A stretch of 60,349 bases of DNA from a virus (taxonomy: Duplodnaviria; Caudoviricetes), in IMG/VR virus record IMGVR_UViG_3300028844_007041, positions 1 through 60,349 of that record; one strand, written 5' to 3'. The translations under genes were made by a program, and so were the position numbers. Of the stretch, positions 9,613 to 18,623 are shown in pieces. The stretch's first letter is position 1; each line of letters starts with the position of its first letter. Under the pieces are notes generated by a model. It was not told where the DNA came from. It saw only the letters and a program-made list of their open reading frames with translations, and did no database searches.

Positions 9613-9957
9613 TTAACTTATTTCTAAAATACTTAAAGCTACATCGAGTCCGTTCGCTACATTACAGATTGCTGATAGTTGGTCTGTGGGTTGAAGAACA
9701 AGTTTTTGTCCGGCGAAAACTTCAAGTGTGCTACTATTTGGTATTGATACCTCATTCAGTAGCACTACATCTGAATTTGTTTCACCATCAACGGTATCAG
9801 ACTGAAGACTAATCGTAGCCGTTATAATACCACTAGATTTATTTGAAAGAATTAAGCCCAATACAATGATTGAATTCACCGATCCCGGTACAATGTAAAT
9901 TGCATCGGGATTGATGTTTGATATATCAGACTTAGTTTTAAGTTTAAAGTTATTCAT
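9613..9957 (-). CDS. Small partner/adaptor-like virion protein (114 aa)
   Basis: IYIVP...LGLILSN...STLEVFAGQKLVLQPTD...DVALSILEIS; paralog of 7674..8018. Confidence 0.65.
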   Translation of the reverse strand: MNNFKLKTKSDISNINPDAIYIVPGSVNSIIVLGLILSNKSSGIITATISLQSDTVDGETNSDVVLLNEVSIPNSSTLEVFAGQKLVLQPTDQLSAICNVANGLDVALSILEIS

Positions 9958-9970
9958 TTAGATCCGATGA

Positions 9971-12900
9971 TCACCATGATGTTGTTAATGAAGTTCTTAC
10001 CCAGGCCCACTTATTTGGATCAGCAGCAGGCCCTGTACAAATGTAGAGATGATTACCATCACTATACATCATATTCTTTTGACCTCGAACATCAACTGGC
10101 TTAGGAATACCTGTATCTCCTGAGTAGTGTGCTGCCCATACAGCATCATTAACTATGAAACTGATATTGTGTGTTTCATACCATTGCAATAGTTTTTGGT
10201 CGTCAGGATCAGACATACTTTTTGTTGATAGTGCTTGCATGTCTACAGCACCAGCAAATATATTTCCGAATCGGTCCCATGATGTACCAATTGCGGTATT
10301 ACCATTTAATGGTTTAAGAACAAAATCTTCTACATTAATTGGACCGGTAAGTGTTTTGTTTGAGATTGTTTGTATACCACTAGTTGTTACTGCCTCACCT
10401 TGACTTTTTGGATCAATCAAGTTGATTCTGAAATCAAAATCAGCACAAGGATCTGAGAAACTACAACCTCTTCGTGTTGCTGCTCCATATCCAGCACCTT
10501 CTTCATGCCAAGAATACGAAGACCAGAAAGGATCAGATTGACTTCGATCTGTATTGTTACCATCTCTTGGCGCAATAACATTATGGCATACACCAAAATT
10601 AAGTGAAAATGGTACACCACCGGCAAGAGCATCAGAATAATTTAAGAACCAGCCATGTCCTAATACGGGATCAGCGGCAGCCTTTGCCGGATCATTCATC
10701 AATTCTTGTTGTTTATGATATGATGGTGTATCATAAACAGGTAATCGAATTGCATCAATAGTATCGAACTGCTTAACTGTTAATCTAGCTTCAAGGACTG
10801 TTCCCACTTGTGCGTTTACATCAAAGGAAGGTGTATAACGATCAAAGAAATCATTAATATTACCGGAACGTCCATCACGGAAAGTTATTTGATTTGCATT
10901 CTCAAACCAGAACATGTTACTTAAATTACCTCCCAAGTTTGCGCACTCTCGGCTTGCAACATAATCTGCATCAGAACTACCGTTTTTCATGAAGTTACAT
11001 TTTGCAACCAATTTTGGACTACCGAAATCATAGTCAGATTGTTTTGCATACTTCCACCAAGCACCTCCATGAGCATTCATACCTTCACTAAGTGAAGTTA
11101 ATGAGCCAACAAATTGAAATGGTACTTCATAAATTTCAAGTTCATATAAGTGACCGACTTCATTTGTCAATGTTGAATGTCCTCTAGTTTCAAGTACTTT
11201 TGCACTGACTTGACTTTTTAGACCGGGTACTTTATAGCGATCAAAGTAAGTTGAGATCCACATTTGATATTGATTCAAATTTTCACCAGTATTTGAATCT
11301 CTTCCAGCATCTGGCTTACCACGATTTTTACGATTGTAAGAGGCTGTGAAATAAATGTCACCTTGTCTAGGATCTGCAAGTGCTAAATCACCTTTAAACT
11401 TTCTTGCATTTCCAATTACGGTTCTTTGAAGATCATCTTCAGCACCTTTCCAATAACCTGGAGTTAGACCAAATTTTTTCTCGTACAAGGTCTGAGGTGC
11501 TCGACTCGCTGGAGGAGCATCTAAGAATCTTCTTGTAATATCTACATATGCATCAACTTTCTTACCATCAATTTCTTTTGGTAGATACTCCAGTTGCATA
11601 TCTGTTTGTTTAAGTTCAACAAGCTCAGGACTTACAGCAGAAATACCACCATTCATATTACCAATATTAAAATCATTTCTGTTGCTGATAAACACATAGC
11701 TTTCATGTACTAGTGTTTTGTCACGAACTTTTGCAATTGGTGCGCTGAATTCAATACCGTCTTTTGTCGAAGAAATTGCAGAATCACCAAAATGAATTGT
11801 ACTACCACTAACGTAAAGTTCTTTCCATTTTTTAGTTGGAGTACCAAGTGAATATCCTTCATCGACTTCTGGAACTAAATCACCTTCAAAGACTGTTGTG
11901 CCTTTAAACTTCTTATTTTCGAGAGTTTGTTCACCCTCTGCTGTGATTTGTTCACCTCCACTTGTTGGATAAGTTTCTTTCATTTCATATTCAACCCATG
12001 TACAATTTGTCAAATCAGTAAGAAGAGTTGAATTCACACCAAGTTTTATTGCACATTTATCGTTCGCTGTCCAAACAGGACCATCAGTATGGCTTAATGA
12101 ATTTGCAAATGCACCACCAGGTCTTGCATCATTGACATAAGTCATTGTTCTTGACCATGTATTATTACCAAGTGTAATCGTACATTCATAATTATTCATT
12201 AAGTTATATGGACCAACTAGACCACTAGTTCCATCAACACCGGGCATAGCATAATAAGTATTGCCAGACAAGAGAGTTGACTTTAATTCTGTTCCTAGTG
12301 CAGCAGGATCACTTGGATTTTTTCCAAGGTCAAAATCTTCAAGAGTAATGTATTGTTCACCGTTTAGTACTAGCGTACCAGTATCAATAGCGCCTTGTGT
12401 CCAACCACTATAACGATGTTTGAAAATTGTTCGTTCTGATGGTGAAATCATTGGCTTATTGATTGCAATTCCGTTACCACCATCACTCATTGCAACTTCA
12501 CCAATGTGCAATGTAGATGCAGTCAACCACAAATCAGTAAAACGTGACGTTGCCGAACCAAGTGAATATGCATTTGATGTACCAGGAATTAAATCACCAA
12601 TAACTGTACCACCAATACCACCACCAGTTGCAGCATTGCCCGGTGCCCACAAATGAGTATTTGAATCATACATCAACGATGCACCTTGCCAAGCAGCATT
12701 TGATGTTGTATCAACATCTGTTAGATCATCAATGTTCATAACAATATTATTGTTAGCAGCAATAATTGTTTTATTCTTTAATTCTTGAGATAGATTATTA
12801 ACTACTACTTCACCAATACCTTCAATTGCTTCAGTTTCAACTAATAAATTAAACAATGAGGTTGCTGTTAATTCAGTTGAAATTAAACCACCTGCTCCAT

Positions 12901-13699
12901 TTTCAACTGTAATTTGATTAATCGCACTTACATACCAACAATCAGGGTTTGTACCACCACGAAGTGCTGGATCAGGTTGAAATGGATATACATTACCATT
13001 CAATGTTAATTTTGGTACAATGTTACCAAGAAAGTCCCAAACAGGTCCACTTGTTAAGTCAAGTCCGGGTAATGAGTGAAACGTTGTTGCACCAATTGTT
13101 GTAGACACACAATTTGCTTGGTCAATAACAATACTATCGGCACCCTGTATTCTTAAACCAGCTGGAGACATTCCATCATTTTGATCTGTTGTCACATCGC
13201 ACAAGGTTGTAAATGTGCGGTCTTCACTTGTCTGTAATTTTAATCGTCTTGCACCAGGTGTTGCTGAATCGGAAAATAGTCTTAATTCATCTGGCATGAA
13301 ATAGGTATTTCCACCTAACCACAAATCATTAAGTTCTTGTGTTTTTGCACCGATATTATAATTATTTCCGGATTCAGGTACCAAATTACCTACAACATTT
13401 CCCGACAACTTATCTGTTGGTGTCCAGCTTGTTCCGTTCCACTGTAAAACTTGCTCTGCTGGCCAGGTTCTCGCATTTGTCATTGCATTCTGACCACCAC
13501 TATTTAATGGTGCAGTATCTGCCAATTGACCTAATGTGAATGTACCTTTTTGCGTTGGAGTAATTGAAGTACCTCCACCTCCACCAAGAGTTTTATATAA
13601 CTCAGTAAAGTTTTCATTGATCTTACGGGCACCTTCTCGTAGATTATCACCTGTATTATCATTCGGCGTTGAACCTCTATAAATTTGTTGATTTGCCAT
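9971..13699 (-). CDS. Baseplate-anchored fibre with T4 gp9/gp10-like N-terminus (1242 aa)
   Basis: N-terminal GSTPNDNTGDNLREGARKINENFTELY resembles the gp9/gp10 N-terminal motif; three L(V/I)P.....Y.(L/I)G shaft repeats separate inserted domains. Confidence 0.7.
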   Translation of the reverse strand: MANQQIYRGSTPNDNTGDNLREGARKINENFTELYKTLGGGGGTSITPTQKGTFTLGQLADTAPLNSGGQNAMTNARTWPAEQVLQWNGTSWTPTDKLSGNVVGNLVPESGNNYNIGAKTQELNDLWLGGNTYFMPDELRLFSDSATPGARRLKLQTSEDRTFTTLCDVTTDQNDGMSPAGLRIQGADSIVIDQANCVSTTIGATTFHSLPGLDLTSGPVWDFLGNIVPKLTLNGNVYPFQPDPALRGGTNPDCWYVSAINQITVENGAGGLISTELTATSLFNLLVETEAIEGIGEVVVNNLSQELKNKTIIAANNNIVMNIDDLTDVDTTSNAAWQGASLMYDSNTHLWAPGNAATGGGIGGTVIGDLIPGTSNAYSLGSATSRFTDLWLTASTLHIGEVAMSDGGNGIAINKPMISPSERTIFKHRYSGWTQGAIDTGTLVLNGEQYITLEDFDLGKNPSDPAALGTELKSTLLSGNTYYAMPGVDGTSGLVGPYNLMNNYECTITLGNNTWSRTMTYVNDARPGGAFANSLSHTDGPVWTANDKCAIKLGVNSTLLTDLTNCTWVEYEMKETYPTSGGEQITAEGEQTLENKKFKGTTVFEGDLVPEVDEGYSLGTPTKKWKELYVSGSTIHFGDSAISSTKDGIEFSAPIAKVRDKTLVHESYVFISNRNDFNIGNMNGGISAVSPELVELKQTDMQLEYLPKEIDGKKVDAYVDITRRFLDAPPASRAPQTLYEKKFGLTPGYWKGAEDDLQRTVIGNARKFKGDLALADPRQGDIYFTASYNRKNRGKPDAGRDSNTGENLNQYQMWISTYFDRYKVPGLKSQVSAKVLETRGHSTLTNEVGHLYELEIYEVPFQFVGSLTSLSEGMNAHGGAWWKYAKQSDYDFGSPKLVAKCNFMKNGSSDADYVASRECANLGGNLSNMFWFENANQITFRDGRSGNINDFFDRYTPSFDVNAQVGTVLEARLTVKQFDTIDAIRLPVYDTPSYHKQQELMNDPAKAAADPVLGHGWFLNYSDALAGGVPFSLNFGVCHNVIAPRDGNNTDRSQSDPFWSSYSWHEEGAGYGAATRRGCSFSDPCADFDFRINLIDPKSQGEAVTTSGIQTISNKTLTGPINVEDFVLKPLNGNTAIGTSWDRFGNIFAGAVDMQALSTKSMSDPDDQKLLQWYETHNISFIVNDAVWAAHYSGDTGIPKPVDVRGQKNMMYSDGNHLYICTGPAADPNKWAWVRTSLTTSW

Positions 13700-13735
13700 A
13701 TCTTATTCTCTTAGTATATTAAGTTTTACAGTGTT

Positions 13736-14005
13736 TTATCCTAAAGCAATAGCAAGAGCCGTGGCGTCTTCTGATGCTGTTCTTACAATACCTGTTGATA
13801 AAGTATTTAAATTAACATGAAAAGTATTACCGCTATTTGTTTCTAACGTTAAGGTGTTCGTTGAATTATTAAAAGAAGCTGCACTTATGTACACATCAAA
13901 AGAATCGCTTATTCCTTTGATAAAAGTTTCAGGTGGTATTTCAATGATACCATTATTAGATCGGAATATTGTTTTTCCATCAAGATTTAAAATACCCTTT
14001 GCCAT
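13736..14005 (-). CDS. Small virion protein ending in ALAIALG (89 aa)
   Basis: SAASFNNSTNTLTL beta motif and hydrophobic IALG C-terminus. Confidence 0.55.
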   Translation of the reverse strand: MAKGILNLDGKTIFRSNNGIIEIPPETFIKGISDSFDVYISAASFNNSTNTLTLETNSGNTFHVNLNTLSTGIVRTASEDATALAIALG

Positions 14006-14011
14006 AATTTA

Positions 14012-14464
14012 TTATTCACCTGTATCTAAAATTTCTGTAAACAATTCTGTACTATGGTACCGTATCCAACCATTTGCAGCAACGCCGAAACTATCACCTG
14101 GTATACCTGCACTTCCTGCAATACTAGGTGTCTCGGCTGGCACTTGATAATAATTACCATTATACTCTACAACTTCATATTCTGCATAATTTCCTGTTGC
14201 TTCCCAATCTTCACGGAAAACTGGTAATCCCTCTTCAATGTTTTCAACATTTACAACATGTCCATTTTTTGCAATAATCTTACTAACGTTTCGCCAATTA
14301 AAACTATCCACAGTTTTGTTTTCAAAATGAGACATACCATATTGTGATGAATCATAAACTGTTTCAAAGATGGGAAAATGTCCGGATATATCTTTCAATA
14401 CACCAACTTGAAGTCTATCGACTTTTTGTATTTTAACTCCACCTAAATTAAATATCTGCGGCAT
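14012..14464 (-). CDS. Small protein with C-terminal CBM5/12-like (chitin-binding type) module
   Basis: W.....Y...EVVEYNGNYY....PG....W pattern; N-terminus paralogous to 14464..14667. Confidence 0.5.
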   Translation of the reverse strand: MPQIFNLGGVKIQKVDRLQVGVLKDISGHFPIFETVYDSSQYGMSHFENKTVDSFNWRNVSKIIAKNGHVVNVENIEEGLPVFREDWEATGNYAEYEVVEYNGNYYQVPAETPSIAGSAGIPGDSFGVAANGWIRYHSTELFTEILDTGE

Positions 14465-14667
14465 CAGACAGTTTCCTTAATATTTTGTGCTGTGATTGGA
14501 CGCCCAGATTTGGTATAAATTGTGTTTACATTATGGAGTATAACACTATTTGAACCAGTATCAAACTCTAAAATTTTATAAGTTCCGGAATCATCCATAA
14601 TTTTATTTGTTCTCAACTCAGCAACATTTTCAATCGGTGTTCCTCTTAAATTAAATACTTGTGACAT
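14464..14667 (-). CDS. Hypothetical protein (67 aa), paralog of the N-terminus of 14012..14464
   Basis: MSQVFNLRG..I..V..L....(I/L).D.SG versus MPQIFNLGG..I..V..L....L.D.SG; TGATG coupling to the next gene. Confidence 0.55.
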   Translation of the reverse strand: MSQVFNLRGTPIENVAELRTNKIMDDSGTYKILEFDTGSNSVILHNVNTIYTKSGRPITAQNIKETV

Positions 14668-14670
14668 ATA

Positions 14671-15006
14671 TTAAAACTCGTTTTCTGAAATTTTAGTTTC
14701 AAATTCGGTTAGTGTAATTTCTTTTATCAGTCTTGATGAACCATCTACAAAGTATAAACGAACTGAATCTTCTTCTGCTCGAGCACAACTTAAATTTTTA
14801 ATATTCACTCCTACATTATTTATTATGATAATTCTAGTTGTTTTTGATGAGCTAATTACTTCAATAAAGTGATTAAATTCATTTTCAGATTGTTGTATCT
14901 GTGCTACAACATTACCATTAAAAATTAAAGTTAATATGCTATCATTAAAATTAAAAAACTGAAAGTTTTCATAATTATATAACTGATCTTCAAATCGCAA
15001 AAACAT
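14671..15006 (-). CDS. Hypothetical protein (111 aa)
   Basis: In-operon ORF, tightly packed; no recognised motif. Confidence 0.5.
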   Translation of the reverse strand: MFLRFEDQLYNYENFQFFNFNDSILTLIFNGNVVAQIQQSENEFNHFIEVISSSKTTRIIIINNVGVNIKNLSCARAEEDSVRLYFVDGSSRLIKEITLTEFETKISENEF

Positions 15007-15020
15007 TATACTATATTTAT

Positions 15021-16622
15021 TTAATATGGAGAAACTGCAGGATAATTGACAGTATTAGCATTTACTTGCCACAATCCCATTCCGTATTTGATATACCAAG
15101 TCTTATAAAAACTTTCCCACTCAAGATGAATCACTGCAGGAACGTTTGTACCTTGATTGTATACAACACCACCGCCAGCATGTCCATCAAGCACACCTTC
15201 ATAATTCATAAAGTTTGTACTGTAAGCATTGATCCAAACATTTTGTGTAAGTGTATTTTTTACAACTTTAATTTCAAGATGTGAGTCTGGAGAATAACCT
15301 CCACCCATTTGCGGTAGATTAATATACAAATCATCACAAGTAGTATTTGCATAGATATGCAAACCGCCACGATGTGCAATCATATCGTGAGATACAGTAA
15401 TTGTATTATTTGAATTTGCAATGGTATCATATGTAGTATTTGCTACATCATTAAAATTTGTAACAGTTGTCTTAGGAACGAATGTAGTATCATTGCAGAA
15501 TAATTGTGTTCCTGTATGTGCGTGGAATCCTTTACCACGAATATTCAATACACGAACAATTGCACCAGCTGATAGTGGTTCTGCAAATTTTAAAATCTTA
15601 TATTCATTACCTACATATACTAAATTACCAGTAGTTGCATCTGTAGTAACTTGAGCAGGTGTTGTCATGATTTCATAGTTCAATGTAGACTGTACAACAC
15701 CGTCAATTGAGATCAACAATCCAAATTTGTCAAGAATTTCATTCTCAAGTAGGAATGTATCTTGGTTGTTTACTGCTTCAAAAATTTCTTCAATTGATGG
15801 ACTCATTTCAACATTTGTTGCTGTTGAAGCACGAATAGTAACATCTGTTTCTGCGGGCGGTGGATCACCTAAAAAGTTAATTCTTGTAAAGCTATCAAAT
15901 TGTTCAAATTCATATGAAACAAATGGCTTTTGAATCACACCACCAACACTAATGAGTGCGTTGTAAATTGAGATAGGTACTGTGATATCAAAGATTGATT
16001 GAAATCCGTCTCCCTCAAATACTTCAATATGATTCCAAATACCTACTTTAAGACTATCAACATATTGCTTTGTTGCAACATCATGAGCATGTGTAGGTAA
16101 TGCAGCATTACGAATTTTACCAAAGTTCAGGTCAATACCAGTATCAGTTGGTCCTTGCATACTAATATCAGGATGTGTTTTACCAAACAATATTTGATCT
16201 TTGTCAGTAATTGATAATATGGTATCATGTATTTTAAATCCGGTCCCTATTGTAAGCCGCACGTTTGTTGGTTCAACTTCAAACTCTGTGAATACTTGTG
16301 TTGTTCCTGCAGTAGGAACAACATAATGAACCTTTTTAATATTCTTTACAGCACCATTATCAAACACAATGACTTTGTTTTTCATGACCTCTTCGTTATC
16401 ACGAATATCAATTGCTCTTTGGCCCGGAGCAGAAACTGCTGAAATTGGCATAGAGAGTGCGGCACCGCCGGTCAGTTTATTACCTGTTGTATCTGTTTTG
16501 TTTCCAAGCACTGTCGTACAATCCGCACCGGTTACTTGCATACCAGGTTGATTTAACGAGGATACTTTACCCACTCTCACAAATAATTCATCTTTTGCGA
16601 AACTACGATTAATAAAAGCCAT
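15021..16622 (-). CDS. Virion structural/fibre-connector-like protein (533 aa)
   Basis: KIRNAALPT...DVATKQYVD fibre motif; repeated F.......LIS(V/I).GV(I/V)Q....Y modules. Confidence 0.6.
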   Translation of the reverse strand: MAFINRSFAKDELFVRVGKVSSLNQPGMQVTGADCTTVLGNKTDTTGNKLTGGAALSMPISAVSAPGQRAIDIRDNEEVMKNKVIVFDNGAVKNIKKVHYVVPTAGTTQVFTEFEVEPTNVRLTIGTGFKIHDTILSITDKDQILFGKTHPDISMQGPTDTGIDLNFGKIRNAALPTHAHDVATKQYVDSLKVGIWNHIEVFEGDGFQSIFDITVPISIYNALISVGGVIQKPFVSYEFEQFDSFTRINFLGDPPPAETDVTIRASTATNVEMSPSIEEIFEAVNNQDTFLLENEILDKFGLLISIDGVVQSTLNYEIMTTPAQVTTDATTGNLVYVGNEYKILKFAEPLSAGAIVRVLNIRGKGFHAHTGTQLFCNDTTFVPKTTVTNFNDVANTTYDTIANSNNTITVSHDMIAHRGGLHIYANTTCDDLYINLPQMGGGYSPDSHLEIKVVKNTLTQNVWINAYSTNFMNYEGVLDGHAGGGVVYNQGTNVPAVIHLEWESFYKTWYIKYGMGLWQVNANTVNYPAVSPY

Positions 16623-16657
16623 TTAGTTTATCCTATGCTGAAAAGTTTTATTTTCCA

Positions 16658-16665
16658 TATTTATG
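16658..16665 (-). promoter_or_regulatory. T4-type late promoter candidate (CATAAATA)
   Basis: One mismatch to TATAAATA, intergenic, 36 nt upstream of the 16622 start. Confidence 0.5.
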
Positions 16666-18618
16666 TTATGCTGATTCAAGTGCTGTTACTTTAGATTCAA
16701 GTGCTGTTACTTTAGATTCAAGTTCTGTTGCTCTTGTCATTAATTTTTGATTTGCGGCAACAAGTATTGGAACAATTGCACTATAATCAATCATATGTCC
16801 GGCACCAATTGTTGCTGCACCATCAGAATTCTGTAGGTTTTGTTCCATTGAATATGCATCATAATATTTTACATCAGATGCTAAAGCAAAATCAGGAGTT
16901 GGAGTTGAAATCAAAATTCTCTTATCTTGACCGGCATCTGCAGGATTATAATAAGTACTACTTCTTAATTCATTTTTTAATATACCGCCATCAATATATG
17001 GTCTTGCGACTTCATCACACCACATATAGCCAACTTCGATTGCGCCAATCAAAGCTTCTGCAGCATCTTGAGCTTGTGTTTGATCTATATTACGGTCTAC
17101 ATTGTTCAAAGCACCAGACTCAAAATTACCAGGTGCTGCCAAAATATTTGGTGTCCAATTTGCAGGAGACATGGTCATATTTGACAAAATCACAGTATCA
17201 GATGCATTTAAAGTATTTAAACTACCAACTGCAAGTCCATTAACTCCCATGTTCGCATCAAGTAATCCTGACCTGTTAAATTTAACTGATTGATCTAATG
17301 TTTTAAATTCAAGAGTACTATTATTGTTTGCTGAAATTATAGTTGTATCTTGTAGTTCATTGATGCGAATTATGTGATGAATTGATGGATTAAACAAATC
17401 GAGTACTGTTTTACCACCTGGGAAAAAGTTAACAGTATTTGCCTCAAGGTTCTCAAATGTACCATCATTTGATGTAACTGAAGTTGCTGTTAAATCGTTT
17501 GAATTTATTGTACCATTTGCTGTAAAGACACCTTCAACGTTTAACGTATCTGTAAGCGCAATTTTATTAAATAAAACATCCGCAGATTTGTTAAGAGTTT
17601 GATCAAATAAGTATGCTGCTGCAAGACCACCATCAAGTTCACCGAATGTAATTGCAGTATTTGACTCAATTTCCAATCTTGATAATTTATTAATTGTTAA
17701 TTGATTCAAACCAATTTTAATTACATCATTAATTTCAAGGCTCTTATTTGTTCCAATTCTTAATTTTAAAAGACCACTTTCAGTTGTAGTAATATCAAAT
17801 CCATTTAGAACTTTTGTGATTGCAGATGTAGGTATTGGTGTATAACCATCGGATAAAAATAAGTTTTCTCCATCGTCATCATTTTTGATTCTCAATGAAC
17901 CATGCATTATAAATCCATCTGCATCAAATCCAGACATTCGTGTAAGTACACCATCATCGACACCAACTTCAATTGAAGTTGTCAGTGTGTTTAAGATTGT
18001 ATTTGATCCAAGTCCACGAAGTGAACTAAGGTCAGCATTTGATTTTTCAATAAACTGAAATAATGATGAAATTGACATTTTATATAGTGTCGGTGTGCTA
18101 GAACCTGGCTTGTCAACAGCAACTAATAATCTGTCTGTCAATTTTAATTGTTCAGGAGTTACTGATGGCTTACCATCTAGAAAACGAAATTCTTGGCTTT
18201 TATTTGCAATAAAACCTGGAGCACCACTTATACCTGCAGTTGTATCAAGCAATACTAATGTACCTGTTGGTGCTGCGGTATCAATTAAAACACCACCAAT
18301 ATTGTCAATTGAAGTTGAACCTTGATCTAGATTTCTTATTACCCAAGCACCTCCTGCATTATTTTCACTATCATCTTTTGTCTCGTCCCAAACTAATGTG
18401 TCTCCAGTAGAAAGACTTGACCGAAGAAGTGTAGGATAGATAATGCCGTCAACTGAAAGTGTGCCACCGCCAAAAACTTCGATCTTACCAGTAAATTCGG
18501 TATCTTTTAGTTTAGCCTCTTCGGTGATATTTAAACCTTTAAATTCCGCCTCATTCGAACTAGAATCATAAGTTGAAACTACCGTATCAATATAACTTAA
18601 AATTGATGATTCAGACAT
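16666..18618 (-). CDS. Tail fibre-like protein with degenerate S74-like C-terminus (650 aa)
   Basis: C-terminal IDYSAIVPILVAANQKL plus coiled coil resembles the end of intramolecular chaperone domains; beta-repeat shaft. Confidence 0.55.
   Translation of the reverse strand: MSESSILSYIDTVVSTYDSSSNEAEFKGLNITEEAKLKDTEFTGKIEVFGGGTLSVDGIIYPTLLRSSLSTGDTLVWDETKDDSENNAGGAWVIRNLDQGSTSIDNIGGVLIDTAAPTGTLVLLDTTAGISGAPGFIANKSQEFRFLDGKPSVTPEQLKLTDRLLVAVDKPGSSTPTLYKMSISSLFQFIEKSNADLSSLRGLGSNTILNTLTTSIEVGVDDGVLTRMSGFDADGFIMHGSLRIKNDDDGENLFLSDGYTPIPTSAITKVLNGFDITTTESGLLKLRIGTNKSLEINDVIKIGLNQLTINKLSRLEIESNTAITFGELDGGLAAAYLFDQTLNKSADVLFNKIALTDTLNVEGVFTANGTINSNDLTATSVTSNDGTFENLEANTVNFFPGGKTVLDLFNPSIHHIIRINELQDTTIISANNNSTLEFKTLDQSVKFNRSGLLDANMGVNGLAVGSLNTLNASDTVILSNMTMSPANWTPNILAAPGNFESGALNNVDRNIDQTQAQDAAEALIGAIEVGYMWCDEVARPYIDGGILKNELRSSTYYNPADAGQDKRILISTPTPDFALASDVKYYDAYSMEQNLQNSDGAATIGAGHMIDYSAIVPILVAANQKLMTRATELESKVTALESKVTALESA
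16673..16723. repeat. 21-bp exact tandem repeat, about 2.4 copies (heptad LESKVTA)
   Basis: gattcaagtgctgttacttta twice, followed by gattcaagt. Confidence 0.95.
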
Positions 18619-18623
18619 GTTAC

